DNA of 64,000 nt from Candidatus Woesearchaeota archaeon (GTDB taxonomy: Archaea > Nanobdellota > Nanobdellia > Woesearchaeales > UBA9642): contig QZIT01000005.1 of assembly GCA_003599145.1 (NCBI GenBank), positions 512,330 to 576,329 on the forward strand, in the 5' to 3' direction. Below are positions 9,484 to 17,667 of the stretch, in pieces. Every line of letters begins with the position of its first letter. Position 1 is the stretch's first letter. The notes below the pieces were generated by a model. That model had not been told where the DNA came from. It did not search any database and saw only the letters and a program-made list of their open reading frames with translations. Made by a program: the position numbers and the translations under genes.

Positions 9484-10023
9484 ATGAACCAAAAACAGAT
9501 AGGCATGATTGTTATTTTGCTTGGTATTCTCTTGGGCATTTTTGTATACGCTGCAAAAGTACGCTCTGACAACGCAGCAGAGGCATTGACAGCAGCAACA
9601 GGAAGCTGTTTTTTAGAAGATGGCACTTGCCTGCACGAATCAGGAAGCACCTTTTTTCTTTTAGGGGGTATCATTGCAGCGGCATTGCTGATTTTAGGAG
9701 TGTATCTGTTCTTTTTTGACAAAACTCAGACACTATTGGTAAAACAACATGCCATGGTATCGACTGCATTAAAAGAAGCGAAAAAACATGAAAAAGCAAA
9801 GGATGAATTTAAGGCATTTTTATCAGGATTTACAGACGAAGAACAAAAGATTATTTTAGCGATTCATGAACAGGAAGGCGTACAGCAGTCAACCTTGCGG
9901 TATAGATTGGGAATGTCAAAGGCAACGTTGTCTTTGTTACTGCAATCACTAGAGAAAAAGGACATCATTTCTAAAAAAGCAGAAGGAAAAACCAATAAAC
10001 TGTATTTAAGGAAGAAATTTTAG
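9484..10023 (+). CDS. membrane-tethered winged-helix transcriptional regulator with extracytoplasmic Cys-x6-Cys-x-His loop (candidate metal sensor)
   Basis: 179 aa; two TM helices flanking GSCFLEDGTCLHESGS; C-terminal MarR/TrmB-like wHTH (QQSTLRYRLGMSKATLSLLLQSLEKKDII). Confidence 0.55.
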   Translation: MNQKQIGMIVILLGILLGIFVYAAKVRSDNAAEALTAATGSCFLEDGTCLHESGSTFFLLGGIIAAALLILGVYLFFFDKTQTLLVKQHAMVSTALKEAKKHEKAKDEFKAFLSGFTDEEQKIILAIHEQEGVQQSTLRYRLGMSKATLSLLLQSLEKKDIISKKAEGKTNKLYLRKKF

Positions 10024-10973
10024 TCTGCAATGACATGCAATGCAGGAAATCCCGTATATCCAAAATATTCATAGTACCTTAAAACATCTTTGAATAATTT
10101 TGCAATTTTTTCCAACTCATCAAGCAAATGCACCAAATTTTCAACAATAATTTCTGTTTCAAAATCTGCTCCGCCTATGGAATCATTTATTTGATAAAAA
10201 TAGCGGTGATTTTTCAGATATTCAAAAAGCTCCTTGTTTCTTTTTGTAGAACGCAGATAAAAATCAACTCTATATCCCTGATAGCCTAATTTAGTAAGGT
10301 TCATATCTGTTTTATAGCCTACAATGACCTGTTCAACCTCTAATTTTTTTATTCTTTTTCTCACGGTTTCAACAGAAACACCGACTGCTTTTGCAACTTC
10401 ATGCAAGGGCTGCCGTACATCTTTTCCGTAAGCATGAATTATTTTTTCATCAATGTCGTCGTGGTGTATCTCCTGATTATCCCCAGAAGTTCTTTGAATT
10501 TTATAATTAAAATTATCGAGAAGAAACGTTTTATTGAAATTGTGGACAGGAGAGTAAATGGCAATTTTGTATTCTGCTATTTGTTCTTTGTAGAGTGCTT
10601 CTATCTGATCCCAAATAGGAGGAAATTCTTTCGTGTGCTTTATTCCTACAAAAAATGCCAAATCCCATTTTCCGTGCAATTTGGCAATAGTCCATATTTG
10701 TGGTATTTGCAAAAGATACGTGTAAAAATCATTTTTTTCTTTAAGCGTCATGTACTGCCATTTGATATACACTCTAAAGGTCATATAGCCAAATTTGGAC
10801 ATATCTGCTATTAAGTGCGTTTTTCTTAGAATATCCTGCTGCTGAAGTCTTTGAATTCTGTAAGACGTTGTTTCAGGGCTCTTGCCTATTCGCTTTGCTA
10901 GCTTATTCAAAGGTATGGCTGAATTCAATTCCAATTCTGTCAAAATCTTCTTATCTATCAAGTCTACAGACAT
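10020..10973 (-). CDS. tandem-duplicated Lrp/AsnC-family transcriptional regulator
   Basis: 317 aa; two HTH_AsnC-like segments (IDKKILTELELNSAIPLNKLAKRIGKSPETTSYRIQRLQQQDIL and IDEKIIHAYGKDVRQPLHEVAKAVGVSVETVRKRIKKLEVEQVI), each followed by a RAM-like domain. Confidence 0.7.
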   Translation of the reverse strand: MSVDLIDKKILTELELNSAIPLNKLAKRIGKSPETTSYRIQRLQQQDILRKTHLIADMSKFGYMTFRVYIKWQYMTLKEKNDFYTYLLQIPQIWTIAKLHGKWDLAFFVGIKHTKEFPPIWDQIEALYKEQIAEYKIAIYSPVHNFNKTFLLDNFNYKIQRTSGDNQEIHHDDIDEKIIHAYGKDVRQPLHEVAKAVGVSVETVRKRIKKLEVEQVIVGYKTDMNLTKLGYQGYRVDFYLRSTKRNKELFEYLKNHRYFYQINDSIGGADFETEIIVENLVHLLDELEKIAKLFKDVLRYYEYFGYTGFPALHVIAD

Positions 10974-11130
10974 AATACTAGAAATATACTAAGTTATTTA
11001 TTAAATTTTCTGTTTTTTTCTTAAATTTAGCTTTTTTTCTCTTAATATGTAATTTTAAAGTTCTTTATTTTAAAATATCCATAAATATAGCTAAAATTCT
11101 TGAAAAAACAAAATAAAACAATCAAAAGTT

Positions 11131-11179
11131 TAATATAGTAATAATCACAACTATATAGTAATAACAAAGAAGAGGTGAT
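11131..11179 (+). promoter_or_regulatory. duplicated TATA-like element (TAATATAGTAATAA / CTATATAGTAATAA) and GAGGTGAT SD
   Basis: direct 12-nt repeat ATATAGTAATAA at 11134 and 11154; SD 11172..11179. Confidence 0.45.
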
Positions 11180-11184
11180 ATCAA

Positions 11185-11472
11185 ATGAGCAAAACTCCAA
11201 TAAGCAAAACTCTCGAAGTAATGGTTTATAGTGGTGCGTCAGGCTTCTACGGAGCAGTGGCTGTAGGCGAGCTATTAAGCCACTATTTCCAAAAAGCAAC
11301 AAGTGTTTATGCAGAATTAGCAAAAGAACCCATAATTACAGAAAAAGTGTACCAAACAGCAATGGAAGCATCAAAAGTTGCTGCCGGAGACTACTATTTT
11401 GCTATTGCCACGGGAGCAGTGGCAGGACTATTTGCAGGATTAGCACTCTTGCGTGCACATTACAAAGACTAA
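11185..11472 (+). CDS. small hypothetical protein with hydrophobic Gly/Ala-rich N- and C-terminal segments
   Basis: 95 aa; preceded by GAGGTGAT SD and duplicated TATA-like element; paralogous N-terminus to 20265..20660. Confidence 0.45.
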   Translation: MSKTPISKTLEVMVYSGASGFYGAVAVGELLSHYFQKATSVYAELAKEPIITEKVYQTAMEASKVAAGDYYFAIATGAVAGLFAGLALLRAHYKD

Positions 11473-11501
11473 AAATAAATTTCAAAAAAGGGGGGAGAAA
11501 A

Positions 11502-12539
11502 ATGAGATACTCGAACAATCAAAAAGGCAAAGAAGCATATTTAGGATGGAAGGGAGCGGTTAGTTTCAACCACACGCCAAACAGCGTAATAACGTGTGGT
11601 GAAACACAAGAAGTTATCAATGAAGACAGAGAAGCAATTCATGCCAAGAGGCGCAAGCTGGAAGAAGGCGTAAGAAATGGAATCATTACGCATCAAGATC
11701 TAGAAGAGTTCATTGAGAAGAATAGCGGCTCGCTGGAAGCAGGCCTTGCCAGTACGGTGAGATACACTACTGCAACAGATTTTAAAGACATGGCCAGAGC
11801 AACAGAAATTGCGCTAGACCAGTATCATGGATTTCTTGGCTGTATAGGCGAGATCAGCGGCTTATCAGAAAGGCAAGGCTGGTACGCACAACTAGACTAT
11901 GCTGAGAACGCGCAAGGAAATTCATTGCGATATGCCGTAGTGAAAGAGGCTGTTGATTTTTCTGAGTCTGCAGGGTATGAAATGACAGCAGATATTGCGC
12001 ATGGTTTTAAAGATTATGCGGGGTCTGACATGAAAGCAACGTATGCAGTAGCATTTAAAGGAAAAGCTGGGCATGGCATGCAAGCAGAATACGCTGCAAA
12101 TTTTGGTGATCGTGCAGGACAAAACATGACGGTAAAAGTCGCCCAAGGATTTTCAGACATGGCAGGAAAAGAAATGATAGCAGAATACGCAACGCATTTT
12201 TTTGACCACGCAGGATTGGCAATGATTGCGGATACTGCAAACCGATTTCAAGACGATGCAGGAGCGCGCATGATTGCCAGAGTCGCAACTTCCTTCAGAG
12301 CGTATGCAGGACAGTACATGCAAGCATTTTCCTGTCAGGATTTTTATGAGCCTGCAGGACAGGGAAGAACATTGCCTACCGTAAAAAGCTTAAGACGAGA
12401 AGATTACTGGCTTGAACGTCTTAGAGAGGAAATCTTAAGACGAGAATACGAACGTTTAGAAGCGCCGGAAACACCATCTTCCATTAGCCAGCCTGAAAGT
12501 TCACAACGCCAACCAAAAAAATGGTGGCAGATTTTTTAA
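11502..12539 (+). CDS. hypothetical protein with eight tandem 16-aa repeats (AGxxMxAxYAxxFxDx)
   Basis: 345 aa; repeats AGYEMTADIAHGFKDY/AGSDMKATYAVAFKGK/AGHGMQAEYAANFGDR/AGQNMTVKVAQGFSDM/AGKEMIAEYATHFFDH/AGLAMIADTANRFQDD/AGARMIARVATSFRAY/AGQYMQAF...; SD GGGGGGAGAAAA upstream. Confidence 0.5.
   Translation: MRYSNNQKGKEAYLGWKGAVSFNHTPNSVITCGETQEVINEDREAIHAKRRKLEEGVRNGIITHQDLEEFIEKNSGSLEAGLASTVRYTTATDFKDMARATEIALDQYHGFLGCIGEISGLSERQGWYAQLDYAENAQGNSLRYAVVKEAVDFSESAGYEMTADIAHGFKDYAGSDMKATYAVAFKGKAGHGMQAEYAANFGDRAGQNMTVKVAQGFSDMAGKEMIAEYATHFFDHAGLAMIADTANRFQDDAGARMIARVATSFRAYAGQYMQAFSCQDFYEPAGQGRTLPTVKSLRREDYWLERLREEILRREYERLEAPETPSSISQPESSQRQPKKWWQIF
11970..12330 (+). repeat. eight in-frame ~48-nt repeats encoding the 16-aa units of CDS 11502..12539
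   Basis: periodicity visible at protein level; nucleotide copies are diverged. Confidence 0.5.
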
Positions 12540-12563
12540 TTTTTTCCTTTTCTTTGGAAAACA

Positions 12564-12580
12564 AAACTATATAAAATAAG
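12564..12580 (+). promoter_or_regulatory. TATA box AAAACTATATAAAATAA ~30 nt upstream of ATG 12597
   Basis: same AAAACTATATA core as the other two modules. Confidence 0.45.
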
Positions 12581-12596
12581 AAATATTCACAAAGGC

Positions 12597-12941
12597 ATGA
12601 TCATCCAGGACCTAACCATTATACAGATATTCATCATTGCCTTTGCAGTCTTTGCCTTAAGCAGGGTTTTCATTATGTATAAAGGCAAAAGAATAACCAT
12701 TTATGAACTGTTATTGTGGTGTGTTGTCTGGATTGCACTGATTGTTTTGTCAGTGATACCTGTTATCAGCGGTTTTCTTTCTAAATTAGTGGGCGTTGAG
12801 CGAGGAACAGATTTGATTGTCTATTTAAGCATCATTGCCCTATTCTATCTTGTTTACCGAATACACATGAAAGCAGAAAAGCTCGATGCTCAGATAACCA
12901 AACTCGTAAGACAAATAGCTATTGATAAAAAAAAGAAATAG
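12597..12941 (+). CDS. small 3-TM membrane protein (DUF2304-like, commonly adjacent to glycosyltransferases)
   Basis: 114 aa; three hydrophobic helices, K-rich C-terminus; TATA AAAACTATATAAAATAA ~30 nt upstream of ATG. Confidence 0.45.
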   Translation: MIIQDLTIIQIFIIAFAVFALSRVFIMYKGKRITIYELLLWCVVWIALIVLSVIPVISGFLSKLVGVERGTDLIVYLSIIALFYLVYRIHMKAEKLDAQITKLVRQIAIDKKKK

Positions 12942-12992
12942 GACATTCTTAAAAATCAAAAACTTTAAAAAAAAACAGTTCTGTACAGTAAA

Positions 12993-14201
12993 GTGATACC
13001 TAAACTTGAACAATACGCTACTTATGTCGGAAAGGCGCAGATAAGAAAGCTCAAAGAAGAAGCAAAGCCGCTCAAAGGCAGGCATATTTCTCACATCAAC
13101 TCTGTAGCCACAGGAGGAGGTGTAGCAGAGATTCTTAACTCTCTCGTGCTGTTGATGAATACTGCAGGCATAAAAACAGGATGGAGACTGTTCAAAGCGT
13201 CAGAATCATTTTTTCAGGTAACCAAAAAGTTTCACAATGCGCTTCAGGGAGAAAAAATAAACTTTTCTGCAAGGAAAAAAAGAATTTATCTCGAAGAAAT
13301 TGAAAAAAACAGCATCATGAACCATTTTGATGATCACGATCTTATCGTCGTTCATGATCCCCAGCCTCTTGCAATGATCAAGCATCTGAAAAAAAAGCAG
13401 ACATGGCTCTGGCGGTGCCACATAGATATTAAGCACGCTTACCCTCCTGTTTGGAACTTTATTTCCCGATATATAAGACAGTATGACGGCATGCTTATAT
13501 CCATGGAAAAATACAAGCACAGCAATATCAGCATACCCAACTTCATCGTGCAGCCATCTATTGACCCTTTATCGTTTAAGAATAGAGACTTATCACAGAA
13601 AGAGATTTCAAGACTGCTTTGGAAGCAAAACATCGACAGTGATAAGCCCATAGTGTGCATGATTAGCAGGTTTGACAAGTGGAAAAACCATGATGGAGTT
13701 CTCAAAACGTATGCAAAAGTCAGAAAAAAGGCAAAATGCCAGCTGGTGTTGATGGGCAGCAGCGCAAGTGACGACCCTGAATCCCTGCAAATCTTTGCAG
13801 ACGTCAATCACAAAGTGAAAAAAATGAAAGATGTAACCTTAATAACGCATCATGATGATTTTTTAGTAAACGCCCTGCAGAGAGAAGCAAAGCTGGTTTA
13901 TCAAATGTCCTTGCGCGAAGGCTTTGGGTTAACCGTATCAGAAGCGCTGTGGAAAAAGACGCCTGTTATTGCAACGAACAGAGGAGGAATCCCTCTGCAG
14001 GTTATTGACGGAAAGACAGGCTTCATAGTGCACAGCCCTGGTCAGGCAGCGGATGCAACCTTGAAGCTTCTCAAAAATCCAAAACTACAAGAAGACATGG
14101 GAGCTGCAGGCAGGGAACATGTCAAAAATAATTTCTTGATAACGAGACACTTACATGATTATTTAAGGATCTTTAACCAGTATCTTCCTGCTGAAAAATA
14201 G
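12993..14201 (+). CDS. treT: trehalose glycosyltransferring synthase-like GT4 glycosyltransferase
   Basis: 402 aa; N-terminal LKGRHISHINSVATGGGVAEILNSLV and TKKFHNALQG closely recall Thermococcus/Pyrococcus TreT; C-terminal GT4 E-x7-E region (REGFGLTVSEALWKKTPVIAT). Confidence 0.75.
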   Translation: MIPKLEQYATYVGKAQIRKLKEEAKPLKGRHISHINSVATGGGVAEILNSLVLLMNTAGIKTGWRLFKASESFFQVTKKFHNALQGEKINFSARKKRIYLEEIEKNSIMNHFDDHDLIVVHDPQPLAMIKHLKKKQTWLWRCHIDIKHAYPPVWNFISRYIRQYDGMLISMEKYKHSNISIPNFIVQPSIDPLSFKNRDLSQKEISRLLWKQNIDSDKPIVCMISRFDKWKNHDGVLKTYAKVRKKAKCQLVLMGSSASDDPESLQIFADVNHKVKKMKDVTLITHHDDFLVNALQREAKLVYQMSLREGFGLTVSEALWKKTPVIATNRGGIPLQVIDGKTGFIVHSPGQAADATLKLLKNPKLQEDMGAAGREHVKNNFLITRHLHDYLRIFNQYLPAEK

Positions 14202-14235
14202 CAATTTTTATAATAGGCGTTAGTATTCTGCCCTC

Positions 14236-15327
14236 ATGTTTCACCTAAGCCCTATTGTCGTATTCCCCCACAGCAATTTGTTATTGCATGATGCTGGATT
14301 AGAGGAAATGATAAAAAGAGGAAAAATAAAGATAGTTCCTAAACCAGGCGATGTTCAGCGGCAGCCTGCTTCTCTTGATATACGCATAGGCATGACCCGA
14401 GTCTATGATGCAGAAGCTCAAGCGCAAACAGCAAGGCATTGGAATAAACATCATTTGGCAAAGCCCTCTGTTCATTTTGCAAAAATATTTCCTGACGAAA
14501 AAGACATTCCTATAGATATACCTCCCAAAAGCTTTACAGAGCTATTTTTTCATGAGCAACCTTATTTTGAAAGCAGTCGTTTTGATTTGGGTGTTGATTT
14601 ACGGAGCAGCAGAGGAAGATTAGGATTAAGTCTTGCCTCTCAAGAAACAGAAAAAGGAAACCGCCAGTATGTTTCTTTCTGGAACATGAATCCAAACACC
14701 ATTAGACTCTATGGACAGGATCCATTTACACAATTATTTTTCTATCCCAAAAGAGGATATGCCAATGGTCATATTGTTCAGGACCCCGATGAAGCAAAAG
14801 AGCTTGTTCAAGGAATAGCAGATGCTCAGATGTATGGCGCCTATATTATGTTTTTTGTCGGCGATCATGTAAGAAAATTCAGAGAAGATATTGGAATAAT
14901 CGATACCAGAGAAAAATATGCTGATGAAGTTTTATATAGGCAATTTTCAGCAGAAGAAGGCTGTCCTGTATTTGCCGAAGACGCGGTGATCATGCAATTG
15001 CATCCAAGAGTAAAGCTTCCTCCCAATCTAGGAATAAGAATACTACATTGCCTACCCTATGCACAGATTTCTGGATTGACAAAGCCTTCTCCTGAATATT
15101 TTTTTCTAGAATCCCACGTGGCAAATGCGGGATGGGTTGATCCTGGCTATGAAGGATTTGTTACTGCACACCCTATACGGAGAAAGTTTCCTGCAGTGTA
15201 CACCAAGGGAGATTTTATTGCACTGGGTGCATTATATCACTATGACACTCCTGTCAAAAGGCCTTATGGAAGTTCTACATTAAATAGTCATTATCAAAAA
15301 TCAGACGGTGTTGGAGCGAGAAGCTAA
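14236..15327 (+). CDS. long-form dCTP deaminase/dUTPase-superfamily protein (DCD-like, ~360 aa)
   Basis: 363 aa; motifs GKIKIVP...QPASLDIRIG, RSSRGRLGLSL, later AGWVDPGYEG and FIALGALYHY; trimeric-dUTPase-fold motifs spread over two halves. Confidence 0.55.
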   Translation: MFHLSPIVVFPHSNLLLHDAGLEEMIKRGKIKIVPKPGDVQRQPASLDIRIGMTRVYDAEAQAQTARHWNKHHLAKPSVHFAKIFPDEKDIPIDIPPKSFTELFFHEQPYFESSRFDLGVDLRSSRGRLGLSLASQETEKGNRQYVSFWNMNPNTIRLYGQDPFTQLFFYPKRGYANGHIVQDPDEAKELVQGIADAQMYGAYIMFFVGDHVRKFREDIGIIDTREKYADEVLYRQFSAEEGCPVFAEDAVIMQLHPRVKLPPNLGIRILHCLPYAQISGLTKPSPEYFFLESHVANAGWVDPGYEGFVTAHPIRRKFPAVYTKGDFIALGALYHYDTPVKRPYGSSTLNSHYQKSDGVGARS

Positions 15328-16040
15328 TTTTTATCTATCATGTTCTTATAAAAAACAGAAAAAGCCTTTACAGCATCTTTTGAATTTATTTCCAAAAATA
15401 AATGCTGAGACTGCCATAGATCCAAGATGACACTTTGAGAGGTTACGATAATATTGATGCCTTCAGCATCGTCCAGAAAAGTTGCCTTCTTACAGATTTT
15501 TGCAAATTGACGTAATTCTGCAGTATTTGCAAGGATGAAGTGATGTTTTTTCTTCATGACTCCCTTCAGAAAATGTTCAAACCTGTAGCTCAAGCAGGTT
15601 TTTACGTTTAAATTGATAAAATAAATATAAAAAAATTTTGAGTTCGCCAACGCTCTAATAAAAAGTTCCTTGAGCGCTTCTTTACTCGTAAAAAAGTTGA
15701 TGTTTGGAAATCCTGGTTTTGTGGGATTATCATAGAGACTGTTAAAGTATCTTGAAAGTTGCTGCAAGTCATAAATCTTTGAAGGAAAAACAGTCTTTGG
15801 GTCTATGGCAACAAATTTTTGAGTAACTCCCTTGGTAGGCATGGGAGGAACTTTCATCACATAACCTTTTTTTCTTAGCCGAGTAATCACTTCATAGGTT
15901 TTGGATCTAGCAACTTTTGACAATCTGCTTAACTCAACTGCGCTTTGAGGTCCATACGTTATGAGAATCATATATGCCGTTATTTCCCACTCGGATAATC
16001 CAAAATTCCGCAGGATTGCCTCTGCATGCTCCCTTTCCAT
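15324..16040 (-). CDS. TrmB-family transcriptional regulator
   Basis: 238 aa; N-terminal wHTH FGLSEWEITAYMILITYGPQSAVELSRLSKVARSKTYEVITRLRKKGYV; 4-nt overlap with upstream-strand gene end. Confidence 0.75.
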   Translation of the reverse strand: MEREHAEAILRNFGLSEWEITAYMILITYGPQSAVELSRLSKVARSKTYEVITRLRKKGYVMKVPPMPTKGVTQKFVAIDPKTVFPSKIYDLQQLSRYFNSLYDNPTKPGFPNINFFTSKEALKELFIRALANSKFFYIYFINLNVKTCLSYRFEHFLKGVMKKKHHFILANTAELRQFAKICKKATFLDDAEGINIIVTSQSVILDLWQSQHLFLEINSKDAVKAFSVFYKNMIDKN

Positions 16041-16124
16041 AAACCCCGAAATGCAGGAAAGTATATAAGTGTTACTATTACGGTGACAACTTACCTATAC
16101 ATAGCGCTGGACACATCCAAGAGT

Positions 16125-16997
16125 ATGACCTGGAAAACCATTGCAAGGCCTGGATACTTTGGAAAAACACGCGACGAAAAACTCAAGATGTACGATGAGG
16201 AATTTGGATTAGGAAACTGGAGAATTGCATGGATGTGGAACGAAGCAAGCATAGACTATCACGTTGCCTGCACGCTTTATGAAGATGCCTATTATGCGGA
16301 TTCATTTCAAAGGCAAGCAATATGGATGGAACTCACTCATCAAGCAAAAGATGTTTTTGATATTCATGAGTCCGACATACAATCAACGTTAGATTACACA
16401 ATACAAACAGGAACTGCAACCCATCTTCAAGACATAGCGATACGAAGAGTTGTTCTCAGAAGAGGATGGACATTTTCAGGAAGAGAGTATGTTCAAATAA
16501 GAGGACATAAAACCTATTGGGGGTTGCAGTTAAGTCCTGGAAAAATCCCATTTCAAGTATCGCGAAACATACAAAAACCAAACCTGCAAGGCTGGTGGGA
16601 TGAAAACAGCGTTGAAGATTTTTACCAGAGCAATAAAGTATTGCAAGTAAGGGACTGGGATGATTTTCATCATGCAGCATACGAACTGACTGGCTATAGA
16701 CGACAACAGACTGATGCTGAAAAAAGAGCAAACGCACTTGAATCTGCCTTGGAAAAACAAATCAATCAGCTCTGTAAAAAAATGATTCCTGCCATCAACA
16801 AGAAATTAAAAGGAAAAGCTCCTCAAATCATTAGCTATCGCGTGCGTTTTCCCTTTATAGGAATTGAGCTTGATTGCTATGACGAAGATTTGATGGAGGA
16901 AGGAAGGATTATTCAAGAAATTGCACAAGCTGAACTAGATAGCCATGGCTTAAACATGATGAAAGTCTCTATTCCTGCAAAGTATTATGCAAAGTGA
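16125..16997 (+). CDS. hypothetical protein (Trp/Tyr-rich), divergent from TrmB gene
   Basis: ORF 16026..16997; first plausible Met at 16125 (MTWKTIARPGYFGK); no recognisable motif. Confidence 0.45.
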   Translation: MTWKTIARPGYFGKTRDEKLKMYDEEFGLGNWRIAWMWNEASIDYHVACTLYEDAYYADSFQRQAIWMELTHQAKDVFDIHESDIQSTLDYTIQTGTATHLQDIAIRRVVLRRGWTFSGREYVQIRGHKTYWGLQLSPGKIPFQVSRNIQKPNLQGWWDENSVEDFYQSNKVLQVRDWDDFHHAAYELTGYRRQQTDAEKRANALESALEKQINQLCKKMIPAINKKLKGKAPQIISYRVRFPFIGIELDCYDEDLMEEGRIIQEIAQAELDSHGLNMMKVSIPAKYYAK

Positions 16998-17007
16998 ACG
17001 AACCAAA

Positions 17008-17574
17008 TCACTCTTTCTGGTTCAACCAAATAGCTAAATTTCGATGTCCTGTGGAATATCTCGTGACGGTTATCGGATAATCAATTTCTTTACCATCTTC
17101 TCCAAAAATGTGCACACCCGAGTTAGAATCAATAGAGCTTATTACTCTTTCTTCTAATAGTTCTTCTTTGCTTGCCTTCACGAGTCTTTGAAATAAATTC
17201 TGTGCGAACTTCTCATCGAGAAATATTGACTCCTCGTTCATATCAGTCCAATCAATCATGTTTATGTGAGAATTCTTGTACAAGTCAGGGTTCATTAAGT
17301 ACTTTCCTCTTCCATCAGGAGAAAGATATACAGAAACATCATCCATGACACCATCTTCGTTTTTGTCATAGAATCTGTATTCATCTAAACAAAATTGTAC
17401 TCGAGCTCCTGGTTTCTGCTCCCACTCGTAACGTTCAAGTATTGTTGCTGTTGGTTTCACAGAATAATCAATAGGAACAAGCCCTGCATTCACATATTGC
17501 GCAAAGCTGAGAGTTGCGATGGCGCAGATAACTGCATTTTTGATGCTTTTTAATTGTATCATTTTTATCACCAA
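17008..17574 (-). CDS. secreted hypothetical protein (N-terminal signal peptide)
   Basis: 188 aa; hydrophobic leader AVICAIATLSFAQYVNA. Confidence 0.45.
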   Translation of the reverse strand: MVIKMIQLKSIKNAVICAIATLSFAQYVNAGLVPIDYSVKPTATILERYEWEQKPGARVQFCLDEYRFYDKNEDGVMDDVSVYLSPDGRGKYLMNPDLYKNSHINMIDWTDMNEESIFLDEKFAQNLFQRLVKASKEELLEERVISSIDSNSGVHIFGEDGKEIDYPITVTRYSTGHRNLAIWLNQKE

Positions 17575-17667
17575 ATAGTAAATAGTAGTTTAATATTATA
17601 AACTTTTGGAGTTAAATTTTGTCTTTTTCATCAATAAATTTAAATATATTGACATTATTGTAATATT

